64,000 nucleotides of DNA, from positions 17,287 to 81,286 of the forward strand of contig CAYWTR010000006.1 in NCBI GenBank assembly GCA_964461255.1, given 5' to 3'. The notes under the pieces were generated by a model that searched no databases, was not told the DNA's origin, and saw only the letters and a list, made by a program, of their open reading frames with translations. Source of the DNA: an uncultured Fibrobacteraceae bacterium. Lineage in GTDB: Bacteria > Krumholzibacteriota > Krumholzibacteriia > LZORAL124-64-63. Shown piece after piece: positions 54,989 through 64,000 of the stretch. A program made the translations under genes and the position numbers. Position 1 is the first letter of the stretch, and each line of letters begins with the position of its first letter.

Positions 54989-56130
54989 TCACCCCGCCTT
55001 CCCCAGCCGACCGCCACCGACTCGTAAACTGTTTCGATAATCCGCGTAGTTTGACGGATATCAAAAAACTCCCGGGCTCTTTCCCGTCCTCGTTCTCCCA
55101 TCATGCGCGCCTGCTTGGGATCGTCCGCCAAGCCGGCCAGCGCCAGCCGCAGCGACGCCAGATCGCCGACTGGCACCAGGATTCCCGTTTCGCCGTCGAC
55201 GACCAATTCCGCTGTCCCCCCTACCCTGGAGGCCACCACCGGCAACCCCGCCGCCATCGCTTCCAGCAAGGAGGCCGGCATGCCTTCCTTCTCCGAGGGC
55301 AGAGCCGCAACGTCGAGAGCGGGCAGCAAATCCCGTGCATCTGGCCGGAAACCCAGCACATGCACACGGCGCGAGACCTGCAGCTTCTCAGCCAGTGTCC
55401 TCAGTTCTGAGGTGTGGGCAGTCTCGCGTCCGAGCAGAACAAGTTCCCAGGGCACATCCTCGGGGTCTAGACCGGCAAGCGCCTCGATCAGGTCGCCGAT
55501 GCGCTTGGCGGCATGGTGATTGGCTATACAGCCGACGCAATAGCACTCAGGTCCCAAGCACAATTGCCCGCGCATTGCGCGGCGCGCAGATGGAGATGGC
55601 GTGTCCTCGCCTACATCCACCCCATTGGGCACTACGATAATCCTTTCGCCCGGCAATCTGTCGCGCTTGACAAACAGCTCCTTTACCGCAGCGCTGTTGG
55701 CGACCCACAAGTGGACGCACCGCGCGGTCATGCGGTTTAGCCAAACCGCAAGGGCATGGCGGTGCGACTCCATTCCCCTGATGGCGGATATGACAGCTGC
55801 CCCAGCTAGGCGCGACAGGCAACGCGTCCACACTTCATGGCGAAGCCCATAAAGATGCACAACGCCTGGTCTCCAGCGCGCAAGCCAGCGGTGGTACTGG
55901 AACATAAGCCTTGGAGACCATATCTGCATGCCGGCAGGATTCAGAGGCACAACAATCAGATCCGGCACCTGCCGCGACAAGCGCTCGAAATCCGCGTGCG
56001 GACCTAGTAGCACCAGGGCAACGCCCAGCCGCCTTCTATCATAGCGCCGGAAGAACTCAAGGGCCTGGGATTCCGCCCCCCCCATGCCCTCAGCCCCCCC
56101 GGGGAACACATAGGCCACCCTCAAGACCAT
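54976..56130 (-). CDS. glycosyltransferase family 4 (GT-B, group 1)
   Basis: Start at ATG 56130 (MVLRVAYVFPGG...). ...SEKEGMPASLLEAMAAGLPVVASRVGGTAELV... is a GT4 signature. Confidence 0.8.
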   Translation of the reverse strand: MVLRVAYVFPGGAEGMGGAESQALEFFRRYDRRRLGVALVLLGPHADFERLSRQVPDLIVVPLNPAGMQIWSPRLMFQYHRWLARWRPGVVHLYGLRHEVWTRCLSRLAGAAVISAIRGMESHRHALAVWLNRMTARCVHLWVANSAAVKELFVKRDRLPGERIIVVPNGVDVGEDTPSPSARRAMRGQLCLGPECYCVGCIANHHAAKRIGDLIEALAGLDPEDVPWELVLLGRETAHTSELRTLAEKLQVSRRVHVLGFRPDARDLLPALDVAALPSEKEGMPASLLEAMAAGLPVVASRVGGTAELVVDGETGILVPVGDLASLRLALAGLADDPKQARMMGERGRERAREFFDIRQTTRIIETVYESVAVGWGRRGDWHQ

Positions 56131-56146
56131 GCGCGCATGCCCTCTG

Positions 56147-57235
56147 CTAGACTCCCGAGCGGTTGACGCGTCGCGCCTCGTCATATTCCGGCCCCGTACT
56201 TTGCAGCCCGCGACCAACGCTCCAGAGAAGAGCCGCTAATCGCGGGGCCAATACCCGCACACTGTATTCGCGGCATACGAGTTCTCGCCCAGCACGCCCA
56301 TAATCAGCGCGCAGCTCTGAGTCATCAATCAATGTCAGCAATGCATCACGCCACTCTCCGGCTGAACTGGCGCCAAAGCCAACCCGCGCCCTTGCCAACA
56401 CCTGTTTGTTCATTCCAATGGGCGAACACACGGCAGGCGCCCCAGCTGCAAGGTACAACAACATCTTGTAAGAGCACTTCCCCCGCGCCCAATCATCATT
56501 CACAAGTGGCATCAAACCAATGCTCGCCGATTGCAAGAATCCCACTTCCTTTTCCATAGACCAACGCACAAACTCGAATTGCTTAGCGGGCACTCGATCG
56601 AGTCGCAGAGGACGGTCCGCCACAACACGCAACTTTGCGGCTGGACGAGCAGCTAGAACCTCCCCCAACACGCCTGAGATAGCCTGCAGGGCCGGAAAGT
56701 TGCTGCTGGTCCCCATCCATAGCAATATGATCTCTCTTCCCTCCGTGGACCCAGCTGGGGCCGGCACGTATCTATCCGTGTCTACCGCCGTCGGCAAAAG
56801 TGTGACATTGCGGCTATGTTGGGCGAACCAGGCAGCGATATGCTCATTCCCCGCTATGATGTGATCCGCAGCAAGAGCCAAGCGGCGCGCAAAGCCTCCA
56901 CCACGGCACAGCCAAATAGCATCGTCAACGTCCAAAACACGCGGCCGTCGTGTCGCAGACTCCAGGGTATAATAGGTCGAAACCATTTCGCGCGCGATCA
57001 AGGTGATGTCTCCGCGCCAGCTCCTCGCCACCGCTGGAAGTCTGCCTGCGATAGCCAAGGGAAACCATAGCGGACGCCGCCATTTGGACGCCGGTGGATA
57101 CTTCGAAACTGGCGCGGCACACCACTGTAAATGAATCCCATGTTGCGCCAAAGGACCAGCATACTGGCCTATACGAAAACGTGCGCTGGGCACGTACCGT
57201 CCGGCGGATATGGCGACGACTCGCAGCCGAGTCAT
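56147..57235 (-). CDS. glycosyltransferase (GT-B fold, GT4-like, divergent)
   Basis: 362 aa. ...GREIILLWMGTSSN... and ...SIGLMPLVNDDWARGKCSYKMLLYLAAGAPAVCS... resemble the GT4 C-terminal domain. ATGA overlap with the upstream wzy-like gene. Confidence 0.6.
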   Translation of the reverse strand: MTRLRVVAISAGRYVPSARFRIGQYAGPLAQHGIHLQWCAAPVSKYPPASKWRRPLWFPLAIAGRLPAVARSWRGDITLIAREMVSTYYTLESATRRPRVLDVDDAIWLCRGGGFARRLALAADHIIAGNEHIAAWFAQHSRNVTLLPTAVDTDRYVPAPAGSTEGREIILLWMGTSSNFPALQAISGVLGEVLAARPAAKLRVVADRPLRLDRVPAKQFEFVRWSMEKEVGFLQSASIGLMPLVNDDWARGKCSYKMLLYLAAGAPAVCSPIGMNKQVLARARVGFGASSAGEWRDALLTLIDDSELRADYGRAGRELVCREYSVRVLAPRLAALLWSVGRGLQSTGPEYDEARRVNRSGV

Positions 57236-58467
57236 CCCCTACCCTCCCGCGCTCTGCGCCGCCGACCGCCAAACGCCAGCAGCCATGTCACCAGAAGCAA
57301 AAAGGCCATGTTGCTCTTATAATAGTAAGCAAAGAATGACAAAAATACACCATAAGCGAAAATACCGTAGAGAAGCTTATAGCCCCAATACGGATAATAA
57401 TACGCCATGTTGTAAAGCAGCGTCGCTACAAAGCCGATCAGCAAAGACAGCATCGCCACGCCCAGAACCCCATAATCCCAATAAACCTCGCCCGTGAAAT
57501 TGTAAACATTAAATGAACGTGCCCCAACATCCAAATACGGGTAGTACTGTGGCATACTTGGCATCATATGCAAACCGTCCGAGAGCAGCTTCCATAGCGG
57601 TTGTAATGTCACATAACCCGGGATCGGACTGACAGGTCCCTGATTATCCACAATTATGCTCATGGCCGGCCAGCTGCCGGCGAAATAGTAATAGGGCCTC
57701 TGCAGAAACGCCAGCGATTCAGGAAACGCCTGGCCGGCAAAGTCGCGCACAACATAAATGTCAATGACTTGGTCATAAAGGTAAAAAAACCCTGCCAGTC
57801 CGGTGATGGCCATCACGCTGCAAAGCCTGTGCACGCGACTTCGTTTGAGCGTTCCGGCGATCAGCACAGTCGCCACTACACTGTAGACCAGATATGACTT
57901 AATGCCCGCCAGCAAGAGCCCCAGCACAGCGCTGCTCACCCAAACAAGGTCCCCTTTCCTCCCCATGCCATGAGCACGCTTGAGGAGCGCCGTGGGTGGC
58001 ACCAAAATGCTCAGCATATTCAGATACCCGATGAATCGCATTTGAAAGTGCTCTTGTAGCAGCCATGGATTCTGCCAGAGGTGCATTATGCCATTATCAC
58101 GCACCAACAACCAGAGCGGCAACATCCAACCCACGGCTGACAGCACCGCGATCGTGTAGTAAAAGATGCCCAAACCGCCACTATCCCCAGGACGGTCCTC
58201 ATGCTGTCGATAGCTGCGTCCCTGCGCGGCGATTAGGCAACCAACCGTGAATCCAAGAAGAGAGATTGTGAGCAGCAGATGGCTTTCCACCGACACCGTA
58301 CGCAACGGGATCAAGCGGGTATGATAGGCAAACAGGGAAAGAGCATTGATGGACCAGAACAGCGTCAGCGGGTTCAATTTGCGACCGAAAAGCTGCTCCG
58401 AGCGAACTATGGTGCACGCAGCCCCCAAGATCAGCAGCAGGGACCAGCCGAAGCTAAAGATCGCCAT
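57232..58467 (-). CDS. O-antigen/oligosaccharide repeat-unit polymerase (Wzy-like, ~10 TM)
   Basis: Highly hydrophobic, aromatic-rich polytopic protein. Position between GTs and wzx. AT-rich codon usage (one 60-nt stretch, 57301-57360, has only 20 G/C). Confidence 0.55.
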   Translation of the reverse strand: MAIFSFGWSLLLILGAACTIVRSEQLFGRKLNPLTLFWSINALSLFAYHTRLIPLRTVSVESHLLLTISLLGFTVGCLIAAQGRSYRQHEDRPGDSGGLGIFYYTIAVLSAVGWMLPLWLLVRDNGIMHLWQNPWLLQEHFQMRFIGYLNMLSILVPPTALLKRAHGMGRKGDLVWVSSAVLGLLLAGIKSYLVYSVVATVLIAGTLKRSRVHRLCSVMAITGLAGFFYLYDQVIDIYVVRDFAGQAFPESLAFLQRPYYYFAGSWPAMSIIVDNQGPVSPIPGYVTLQPLWKLLSDGLHMMPSMPQYYPYLDVGARSFNVYNFTGEVYWDYGVLGVAMLSLLIGFVATLLYNMAYYYPYWGYKLLYGIFAYGVFLSFFAYYYKSNMAFLLLVTWLLAFGGRRRRAREGRG

Positions 58468-59770
58468 TCCCCACCCAGCCTGCGCGCTTCAGCAGCCGAT
58501 TCGCTTGTCGGCGAACCATGACCGCGTAGCCCAGCAGCAGCACAAGATTTCCCCCAATCATCGCCAGCGCCGCGCCGTTCAATCCGCCCCGCGGCAATGC
58601 ATATCGGGCTATGAGAGCAATTACGGCCAGGCTTATCGCATGAAGGATCAGCTGAGAATTGTACACGCCCAGGGCGGTGGCGGCCGCTCCTAACAGGGTT
58701 ACCAGCATACCCATACATCCGGCGACCATGATCGCGAGGAATGCCTTCTGTTCGCCGACAAAGGCCGAAGTATAAAGCATAGCCAACACTTGCGCACCGG
58801 CAACGGCCGCGATCCCAACTCCCGCCACGCCAAGCAATGCATTCAGTCTGATGCCGCGGCGGAGCAGGTTCCAGAATGATCCGGCATCAGCGGCCGCAAT
58901 TGCATTCGCCAGACGAGGCATAAGCGTTTGGGATAGCGCTGTCGACATCACCGACCCGGCTACGGTCAAGTATACCATCGCCGTGAACACGCCAAGGGAT
59001 TCCAGGCCGCATTCTTGTGCGATCATGATCCGCAATACGCTTGTTTCCAGTCCAATCAGCAGCATCACCGCCCCCAACGGCAGCGCGGTCCTGGCCAGCG
59101 GTAACAATCTGCTGATCGCGTAATCCGGTCGCAGCGTCTGATTAATTGACGCGCTCCCAGCTAGGACTTCGCCTTTCCGCAGTATCGCTGCAGTAGTCAG
59201 ATCATGCCTGTATAGCACAGCCAGCCATGCTGCCGACATACCCAGAATCGCAGCGGCTAAACTGTGCGTTACCCTAAAGGCAACCATCGCCAGCGCCAAC
59301 GCGCTGACACCTCTTATGATCAGGGACCGGGCGATCAAGTCCAAGCATAGACGGCGCTGCGCCAGGCCATAGACAATGTCGCTGATGGCGTCGACGCTCT
59401 TGGCGGCGGCGAGCGCCAGAACGACTAGAGCTGTGCCTGCCGGCTGGGCCAAAGCAAATCCGCCTGCCACCAGCGTGGCCGCCATGGTCGTCAGCAAGCG
59501 CAGACCAAGATATGTTTCGTGCGTGTTCCGTTGCGAAGCGTCGGCGGCATAGACTGAACGCAACTGGAGGTTAAGAAATAGGAAAACCGGGGTCACAATG
59601 GCCGAGGCAAACGAAAACTGCCCGACAGTTTCGGCGCCGCCCAATTTAGCGAAGACGGCAAGGATTCCCCACTGGGAGCCGGCGAAAACCGCATTGCCGG
59701 CGACCGTCCACGACACCCCGGAGCGCAACCCCCCGGCTCTCGCGGGCAATAACGCCCGACGATCCTTCAT
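58454..59770 (-). CDS. polysaccharide flippase (Wzx, MOP superfamily)
   Basis: Start at ATG 59770 (MKDRRALLP...). 12-TM pattern with polysaccharide-biosynthesis-protein type N-terminus (...NAVFAGSQWGILAVFAKLGGAETVGQFSFA...). Confidence 0.65.
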   Translation of the reverse strand: MKDRRALLPARAGGLRSGVSWTVAGNAVFAGSQWGILAVFAKLGGAETVGQFSFASAIVTPVFLFLNLQLRSVYAADASQRNTHETYLGLRLLTTMAATLVAGGFALAQPAGTALVVLALAAAKSVDAISDIVYGLAQRRLCLDLIARSLIIRGVSALALAMVAFRVTHSLAAAILGMSAAWLAVLYRHDLTTAAILRKGEVLAGSASINQTLRPDYAISRLLPLARTALPLGAVMLLIGLETSVLRIMIAQECGLESLGVFTAMVYLTVAGSVMSTALSQTLMPRLANAIAAADAGSFWNLLRRGIRLNALLGVAGVGIAAVAGAQVLAMLYTSAFVGEQKAFLAIMVAGCMGMLVTLLGAAATALGVYNSQLILHAISLAVIALIARYALPRGGLNGAALAMIGGNLVLLLGYAVMVRRQANRLLKRAGWVGNGDL

Positions 59771-60792
59771 GCTTCCTGCCGGCTCGCGTTGGCGTTCCCG
59801 AGCGCCAGCTGGTCTCGCAATAGAATCCAGGCTGCAGCACCCAACCCGCCCAAGCATAACCCTATCATTGCGTTCAAAGTGCGGCGGGGACGCGAACGAA
59901 TGATCGGCGCCTGGGCGCGGTCTAGAACCTCAATGATCGGCAGATTCTTGTTTTCATCGATGCGCGCCACTTCTACCTGGCGTTTCAAATCCAACCAAAT
60001 ATTCTGCAGCGCTTGAATATCCCGCAGCCGGGAATTGTACTCTTCCATGAGATCAGGTGATTGCGTATAGGCGCGGTTGGCGCGCAAGAAAGCCGTTAAG
60101 TTCTCCTCGGCAGCTCTGAGTTCGGTGGAAACAACTTCCAACCGCTCCTCAGTAAACAGCCTTCTTTCCGCGGCTCTGTTCTGGTGCATTGTGCGATTAA
60201 GCATGTCCAGCTCATCCGCCAGATGATTAGCAACCGCGGCCGCTAGGCTGGCTTCACGTGGCATGGTCACCGTCAGCTGCATGACCCCCGTTGCCTTGTC
60301 ACGTGAAAAGCCGATGATCTGACTCCTTAACTCCTTCTTAAGGCGGTTCCGCGCACGAGATTGCTCGATTTCTGTAACGCCAGGTCCGATTTGGAGAAAT
60401 TGAAGAAGGGTAACGGGAGGCGCCGTATCGCGATAATGCCACTCGTGTTCAATAATGCGATCAAGAATACGGTCTGAGTGGAGCATTTCACCGTACAGTT
60501 CCTCGTAACTGGGCGGGCCAAGCCACTGCATTTCTGCCAGGCCGGCCAATTGTCCCAGCATGCCTCCTTCCGGGACCTTTGCAGCAGGCAGAAGCGTTAC
60601 CGTCGCAGAGTATCGCGGCGCGGACAGGAAGGTCGTGGCATAGAGCAGCAAGGCGCCAAGCGATGCCGCCGCAGCGATAAGTCTCCGTCCTCGCCATAGC
60701 AGCATGAAGGATCGGCCTGGATTCATGAGCGGCGGGGAATCGGGATCTGGCAGGGGCTTGGCGCCTGTTGGCTCACCCATAATTGAGTCCAA
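59767..60792 (-). CDS. polysaccharide co-polymerase / chain-length determinant (Wzz-type, no kinase domain)
   Basis: N-terminal TM (LIAAAASLGALLLYATTFL), long periplasmic coiled-coil, C-terminal TM (LNAMIGLCLGGLGAAAWILL). ATGA-type overlap with wzx. Confidence 0.6.
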   Translation of the reverse strand: MDSIMGEPTGAKPLPDPDSPPLMNPGRSFMLLWRGRRLIAAAASLGALLLYATTFLSAPRYSATVTLLPAAKVPEGGMLGQLAGLAEMQWLGPPSYEELYGEMLHSDRILDRIIEHEWHYRDTAPPVTLLQFLQIGPGVTEIEQSRARNRLKKELRSQIIGFSRDKATGVMQLTVTMPREASLAAAVANHLADELDMLNRTMHQNRAAERRLFTEERLEVVSTELRAAEENLTAFLRANRAYTQSPDLMEEYNSRLRDIQALQNIWLDLKRQVEVARIDENKNLPIIEVLDRAQAPIIRSRPRRTLNAMIGLCLGGLGAAAWILLRDQLALGNANASRQEA

Positions 60793-60796
60793 CTCC

Positions 60797-63181
60797 TCAA
60801 TTCGCCGTGCGATCGATCACCAGGTAGACGGTGGCGACGCTGGCGAGGATGGCGGCGATATCCTTGAGGGTTTCGAGGTTGCGGCCTTCGCGCTCGGGCT
60901 TGACGGGCACGACGATGGTCGAACCGGCCATGACCGGCGGATCGCGCCAGATGCGCTTGATGGGACGCGAAAGGCCGTTCGGGTAGACCACGTGGGTCTT
61001 CCACTTGTCGGCGTTGTCGGCGTAGCCGCCGGCGCGGTCGACGTAGCGGCCCATGCTGTGCCCCCGCTCGTAGACCAGACTCGTGGGGAAGCCAACGGCG
61101 CCGGTGACCCGCACCGTGTGCTGCAGCTCCGGGACCAGCACCTCGTCGCCGGCGGCCAGCACGATGTCCTGCGGAGTGTGCGGGCGCCGCAGAGCCTGCG
61201 CCAGATCGATGGCGATGTTGCCGGCCCCGTCACGGGTGCGCGCCACCCTGGCGCCGGGCGCGAAGGCCGTCCGCTTCAATCCGCCGGCGCGGGCTATGAG
61301 GTCGCTGAGGCGCTCGTCCGGGCGCTCCAGACTGTAGATGCCGGGGTAATGGACCTCGCCCCGCACGGTGACGGTCCGCTGCAGCTCCCACCAGGGCAGG
61401 CGCCGGACGGCGACGCGGTCGCGGGGCTCGAGCGGGAAGGACGCGCCCGCGCGCAGGTAGTCCTCGCCCAGCGGCACCGTGATGACATCGACCGTGCGCT
61501 GCGGCGGGGCGCCCGGATCGGGATTCTCCACCGCGCCGAGGCGCAGGCGGGAAACCTCAGCCTTGAACGCGTCGGCCGAATCGAGCAGCCCGCCCGCCTT
61601 GAGCAGCAGATCGCTCAGGGTCATCCCCGCGCGGAAATCGTAGGCGCCGGGAGCGCGCACCTCGCCGCTGATCGCCACCTGATACCGATCGGCCACGTCC
61701 CAGCGGGAATAGACGCGCAGCACGTCGCGCGGCGCCAGCGGCACCGCGGGAGCGAGGCCCGCCAGCACCTCGCCCAGAGGCACGGAAATCTGCCGCCAGG
61801 CGCCGTCGGGCTCGGTGCGGTCGATGATCGCCTTCTCCTCCAGCGTGTCCGGCCACAAGCCTCCGGCCAGGGCGATCAAGGCGGCCACGTCCAGGTCCGG
61901 CCGGTGCTCGTACTGCCCCGGCCGCTTGACGTTGCCCTCGACCCGCACCCAGTTCTCCAGCCGCTGGCTGATGGCGCCCACGGTCACCACGTCGCCGTCG
62001 CGCAGCTCGTTGTCGCCGGCCCGCCGCGGTTGGCCGGTGGCGGGGTCGAGCAGGATGTCGCGCGCGACGCGGTCGGGGTGCTCGGCGCGCCGCTGGGCCG
62101 GCGGCACGATGCGTTCCAGGTGCACGCGCTCGGTCGCGGCCAGCGGGGTCAAACCGCCGCCGAAGCGCAACAGCTCGGCCAGCCCCTCCCCCTCCCGCAG
62201 CTCGAAGCGCAGCGGGCGGCGCACCTCGCCGCGCAGCGCTGCCGTCTTGCCTCGCGGCGGGATGAACACGGTGTCGCCCTCGCGCAGGATGGCGTCGCCT
62301 TCGCGGCGCCCCTCGAGCAGGTAGCGGTAGATGTCGAGCGAGCCGGCGGCGGCCTCGCCTCGCAGCAGACGGATGTCGCGCCACGATCCTTCCGCCGCCG
62401 GGCCCCCGGCGGCGTACAGCGCGGTGAAGACCGTGGCCATGCCGCTGAGCTCGTAGGCGCCCGGCTGCACGGCGTCCCCGACGACGTAAACGCGGATCTG
62501 GCGCAGGCTGCCGAGCGAGACGCGCAGGAAGGTCGTCTCCTCGCCCGCCGGAGTCGCCAGACCGGAGTGGCTTCGCGCCAGCGCCTCGCGGACCGCCCGT
62601 TCGACCTGCGCCAGCGTGCGGTTGGCGCAGGCGACACGACCGCCCTTGGGCAGGATGATCGTGCCGTCGCGGTCGATCACCCGCTCGTGCCGGAACTCGA
62701 TCTCGCCCCAGACATCGACGACCACTTGGTCGCCCGGTCCCAGCAGGTAGTCCTCGGGCACCGGCCCGAAAGTGGCCGGATTGAAAATGCCGGGCTCCAG
62801 CCGGAAGAAATCGGCGCCGAAGAAGTCCGCGCGGGCCTGCGTCGCCTCCGCGCGCGCGGCGGCCGCCGCCTGCGCCCGGGCCGCCGCGGCGGCCGCTTCC
62901 GCCGCCTGTTCGGCCGCGAGGGGCAGGATGACCTCCGGCAGCGCCGCCCTGCCGGGCGACGACAGTGCCGCGGTATCGGCGGGGACGGCGGACAGATCGC
63001 CCGCGGCGCCTAGGCGCCGCGCCAGCTCCGCGCTGGACAGCCCCGCGCGCCGGGCGGCCTCGTCGAGCGCCCCGGCGGGCAGATCCTGTCCCCGCGCCGC
63101 GGGCGCAACGCCCGATAGCACAACGAGCAGCAGAGCCAGCCAGGCTGCGCGGCGCGAGAACGTCGTCATGCGCGGAAACAT
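60797..63181 (-). CDS. polysaccharide export protein, Wza-like with multiple SLBB/beta-grasp repeats
   Basis: Start ATG 63181 (MFPRMTTFSRRAAWLALLLVVLSGVAPAARG signal; GGGGAGGG upstream). Poly_export N-terminal motif (...YLLGPGDQVVVDVWGE...DGTIILP...) followed by four or more repeats of the ...LRxGDxVxVP... SLBB pattern. Confidence 0.7.
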   Translation of the reverse strand: MFPRMTTFSRRAAWLALLLVVLSGVAPAARGQDLPAGALDEAARRAGLSSAELARRLGAAGDLSAVPADTAALSSPGRAALPEVILPLAAEQAAEAAAAAARAQAAAAARAEATQARADFFGADFFRLEPGIFNPATFGPVPEDYLLGPGDQVVVDVWGEIEFRHERVIDRDGTIILPKGGRVACANRTLAQVERAVREALARSHSGLATPAGEETTFLRVSLGSLRQIRVYVVGDAVQPGAYELSGMATVFTALYAAGGPAAEGSWRDIRLLRGEAAAGSLDIYRYLLEGRREGDAILREGDTVFIPPRGKTAALRGEVRRPLRFELREGEGLAELLRFGGGLTPLAATERVHLERIVPPAQRRAEHPDRVARDILLDPATGQPRRAGDNELRDGDVVTVGAISQRLENWVRVEGNVKRPGQYEHRPDLDVAALIALAGGLWPDTLEEKAIIDRTEPDGAWRQISVPLGEVLAGLAPAVPLAPRDVLRVYSRWDVADRYQVAISGEVRAPGAYDFRAGMTLSDLLLKAGGLLDSADAFKAEVSRLRLGAVENPDPGAPPQRTVDVITVPLGEDYLRAGASFPLEPRDRVAVRRLPWWELQRTVTVRGEVHYPGIYSLERPDERLSDLIARAGGLKRTAFAPGARVARTRDGAGNIAIDLAQALRRPHTPQDIVLAAGDEVLVPELQHTVRVTGAVGFPTSLVYERGHSMGRYVDRAGGYADNADKWKTHVVYPNGLSRPIKRIWRDPPVMAGSTIVVPVKPEREGRNLETLKDIAAILASVATVYLVIDRTAN

Positions 63182-63255
63182 AGCCCTCCCCGGCCGCGGA
63201 ACGCGGCGCCGCCGCGGTGTTTCTAGCACAGCCGCGGGCCGCCGCCAACGCCAAT

Positions 63256-64000
63256 TCAGGCCTGCCAGACGCTCCGGCGCAGCGCCTCGCGCGCGGCCGC
63301 CGCATCCCGCGCCAGCTGCGCCATCAGCTCCTGCGCACCGCCGAACTTGCGCTCGTCCCGCAGGCGGGCCAGCCACTCCACCTTGACCGTCCGACCGCGC
63401 AGATCCCCGGCGAAGCCGAACAGGTGCGCCTCGATCCTGGCCGCGACGGCAGCCGGGTCGCGGAAGGTCGGTGCCCGTCCGAAATTGAGCATGCCGTGGA
63501 AGATCGCCCACTCCGCGGCGGCGCTGCCGAGCAGGTCTCCCCGCCGGTCGACTTCAGGCAGATTCTCCTCGACCATGGCGATCACGCCGGCGGCGCCGTC
63601 CGGCTGCACCGCGTCGCCCGGCACCTGCACGCGCACCGCGTAGACGCCCGGCGCCGGCAGCGCCTTGAGCGCATCGAGCGGACTGATGTTCGCCGTGGGG
63701 TAGCCGATCGTTCCGCCCCGCCCGTCGCCGGGGACCACCTCGCCCCACAGGGAGTAGGCCCGCCCGAGCAGCGCGGCGGCCCCCTCCAGATTGCCGGCGT
63801 CCAGCTCCCGGCGTATCTCGCTGCTGCTGGCGATGCGCCCGCCGTGCATCAGCGGCGGCACGATCTCGAGCTCGAAGCCCAGCTCCCGCCCCAGCGCCGC
63901 CAGGGTGTCCGCGTTGCCGCCGCGGCCGCGTCCCAGGTGGACATCATGGCCGGCGACGAAGTGCCGCATGCCGAGAAACTCCACCAGGAAGCGGCGCACG
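63256..64000 (-). CDS. ribF: bifunctional riboflavin kinase / FMN adenylyltransferase, 5' end beyond window (partial)
   Basis: ...GHDVHLGRGRGGNADTL... (FAD synthetase domain tail) and riboflavin-kinase domain ...VVPGDGRGGTIGYPTANI...YAVRV...FGFAGDLRGRTVKVEWLARLRDERKF... No stop-free boundary before 64000, so the N-terminus is missing. Confidence 0.75.
   Translation of the reverse strand, partial: VRRFLVEFLGMRHFVAGHDVHLGRGRGGNADTLAALGRELGFELEIVPPLMHGGRIASSSEIRRELDAGNLEGAAALLGRAYSLWGEVVPGDGRGGTIGYPTANISPLDALKALPAPGVYAVRVQVPGDAVQPDGAAGVIAMVEENLPEVDRRGDLLGSAAAEWAIFHGMLNFGRAPTFRDPAAVAARIEAHLFGFAGDLRGRTVKVEWLARLRDERKFGGAQELMAQLARDAAAAREALRRSVWQA

Noticed and set aside
1-64000. Scanned for CRISPR arrays, rRNA, tRNA and IS/transposase or integrase genes
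   Set aside because: No regularly spaced direct repeats apart from the 9-bp coding repeats in pnp. No recognisable transposase or integrase translation was found. The polysaccharide island therefore lacks an obvious mobility gene within this window.

Overview
High-GC (roughly 70% G+C) bacterial chromosome window, almost certainly from a diderm (outer-membrane-bearing) organism. About 50 protein-coding genes are packed with short gaps and frequent ATGA stop/start overlaps. I saw no rRNA, tRNA or CRISPR. Because of the GC bias, all six frames carry very long stop-free ORFs (e.g. 1232, 1147, 1296, 1025 aa). I accepted only frames whose translation matches a recognisable fold or family, and I re-derived starts from in-frame ATG/GTG/TTG codons with a Shine-Dalgarno sequence.

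Gene content, in order:
- 1-1148: C-terminally truncated TolC-like outer-membrane factor.
- 1360-3795: tonB-exbD-exbD-exbB operon.
- 4041-5657: GWxTD-domain protein.
- 5928-9739: PorV/PorQ-type barrel plus a 935-aa cargo protein ending in a type-IX-secretion (T9SS) / FlgD-Ig-like C-terminal sorting domain.
- 9798-16883: TonB-dependent receptor followed by a binding-protein-less Opp/Dpp-type ABC importer (BCDF).
- 17235-20632: translationally coupled lipoprotein plus a second PorV/PorQ-like barrel.
- 20653-25878: glycine-cleavage operon gcvT-gcvH-gcvPA-gcvPB plus a lipoate-protein ligase.
- 25936-28848: uvrA.
- 28995-31337: GT39 (ArnT/PMT-like) glycosyltransferase.
- 31485-35092: an unusual four-gene module, an SPFH/Band-7 protein with a C-terminal zinc ribbon followed by three coupled zinc-ribbon membrane proteins.
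- 35117-46430: cyclophilin, class-V aminotransferase (cysteine-desulfurase-like), OmpA-like lipoprotein, Na/Pi cotransporter, TPR membrane protein, DUF4388 protein, class I/II aminotransferase, M16 peptidase.
- 46474-49132: pnp (with an RG/GDR-rich tail) and rpsO.
- About 49.5-63.2 kb: a surface-polysaccharide locus (cysC, RHH regulator, sugar phosphotransferase, wecB, formyltransferase, three glycosyltransferases, wzy, wzx, wzz, wza-like) inserted between rpsO-pnp and ribF. Its core (about 52.8-60.8 kb) and a 110-bp promoter islet (50479-50587) are conspicuously AT-rich, which points to horizontal acquisition.

The most novel-looking items are the SPFH plus 3x zinc-ribbon module, the T9SS-like components in a 70% GC genome, the coupled lipoprotein/barrel pair, and the AT-rich promoter/operator elements of the polysaccharide island. 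All product names come from reading the translations and motifs by eye; no database search was run.
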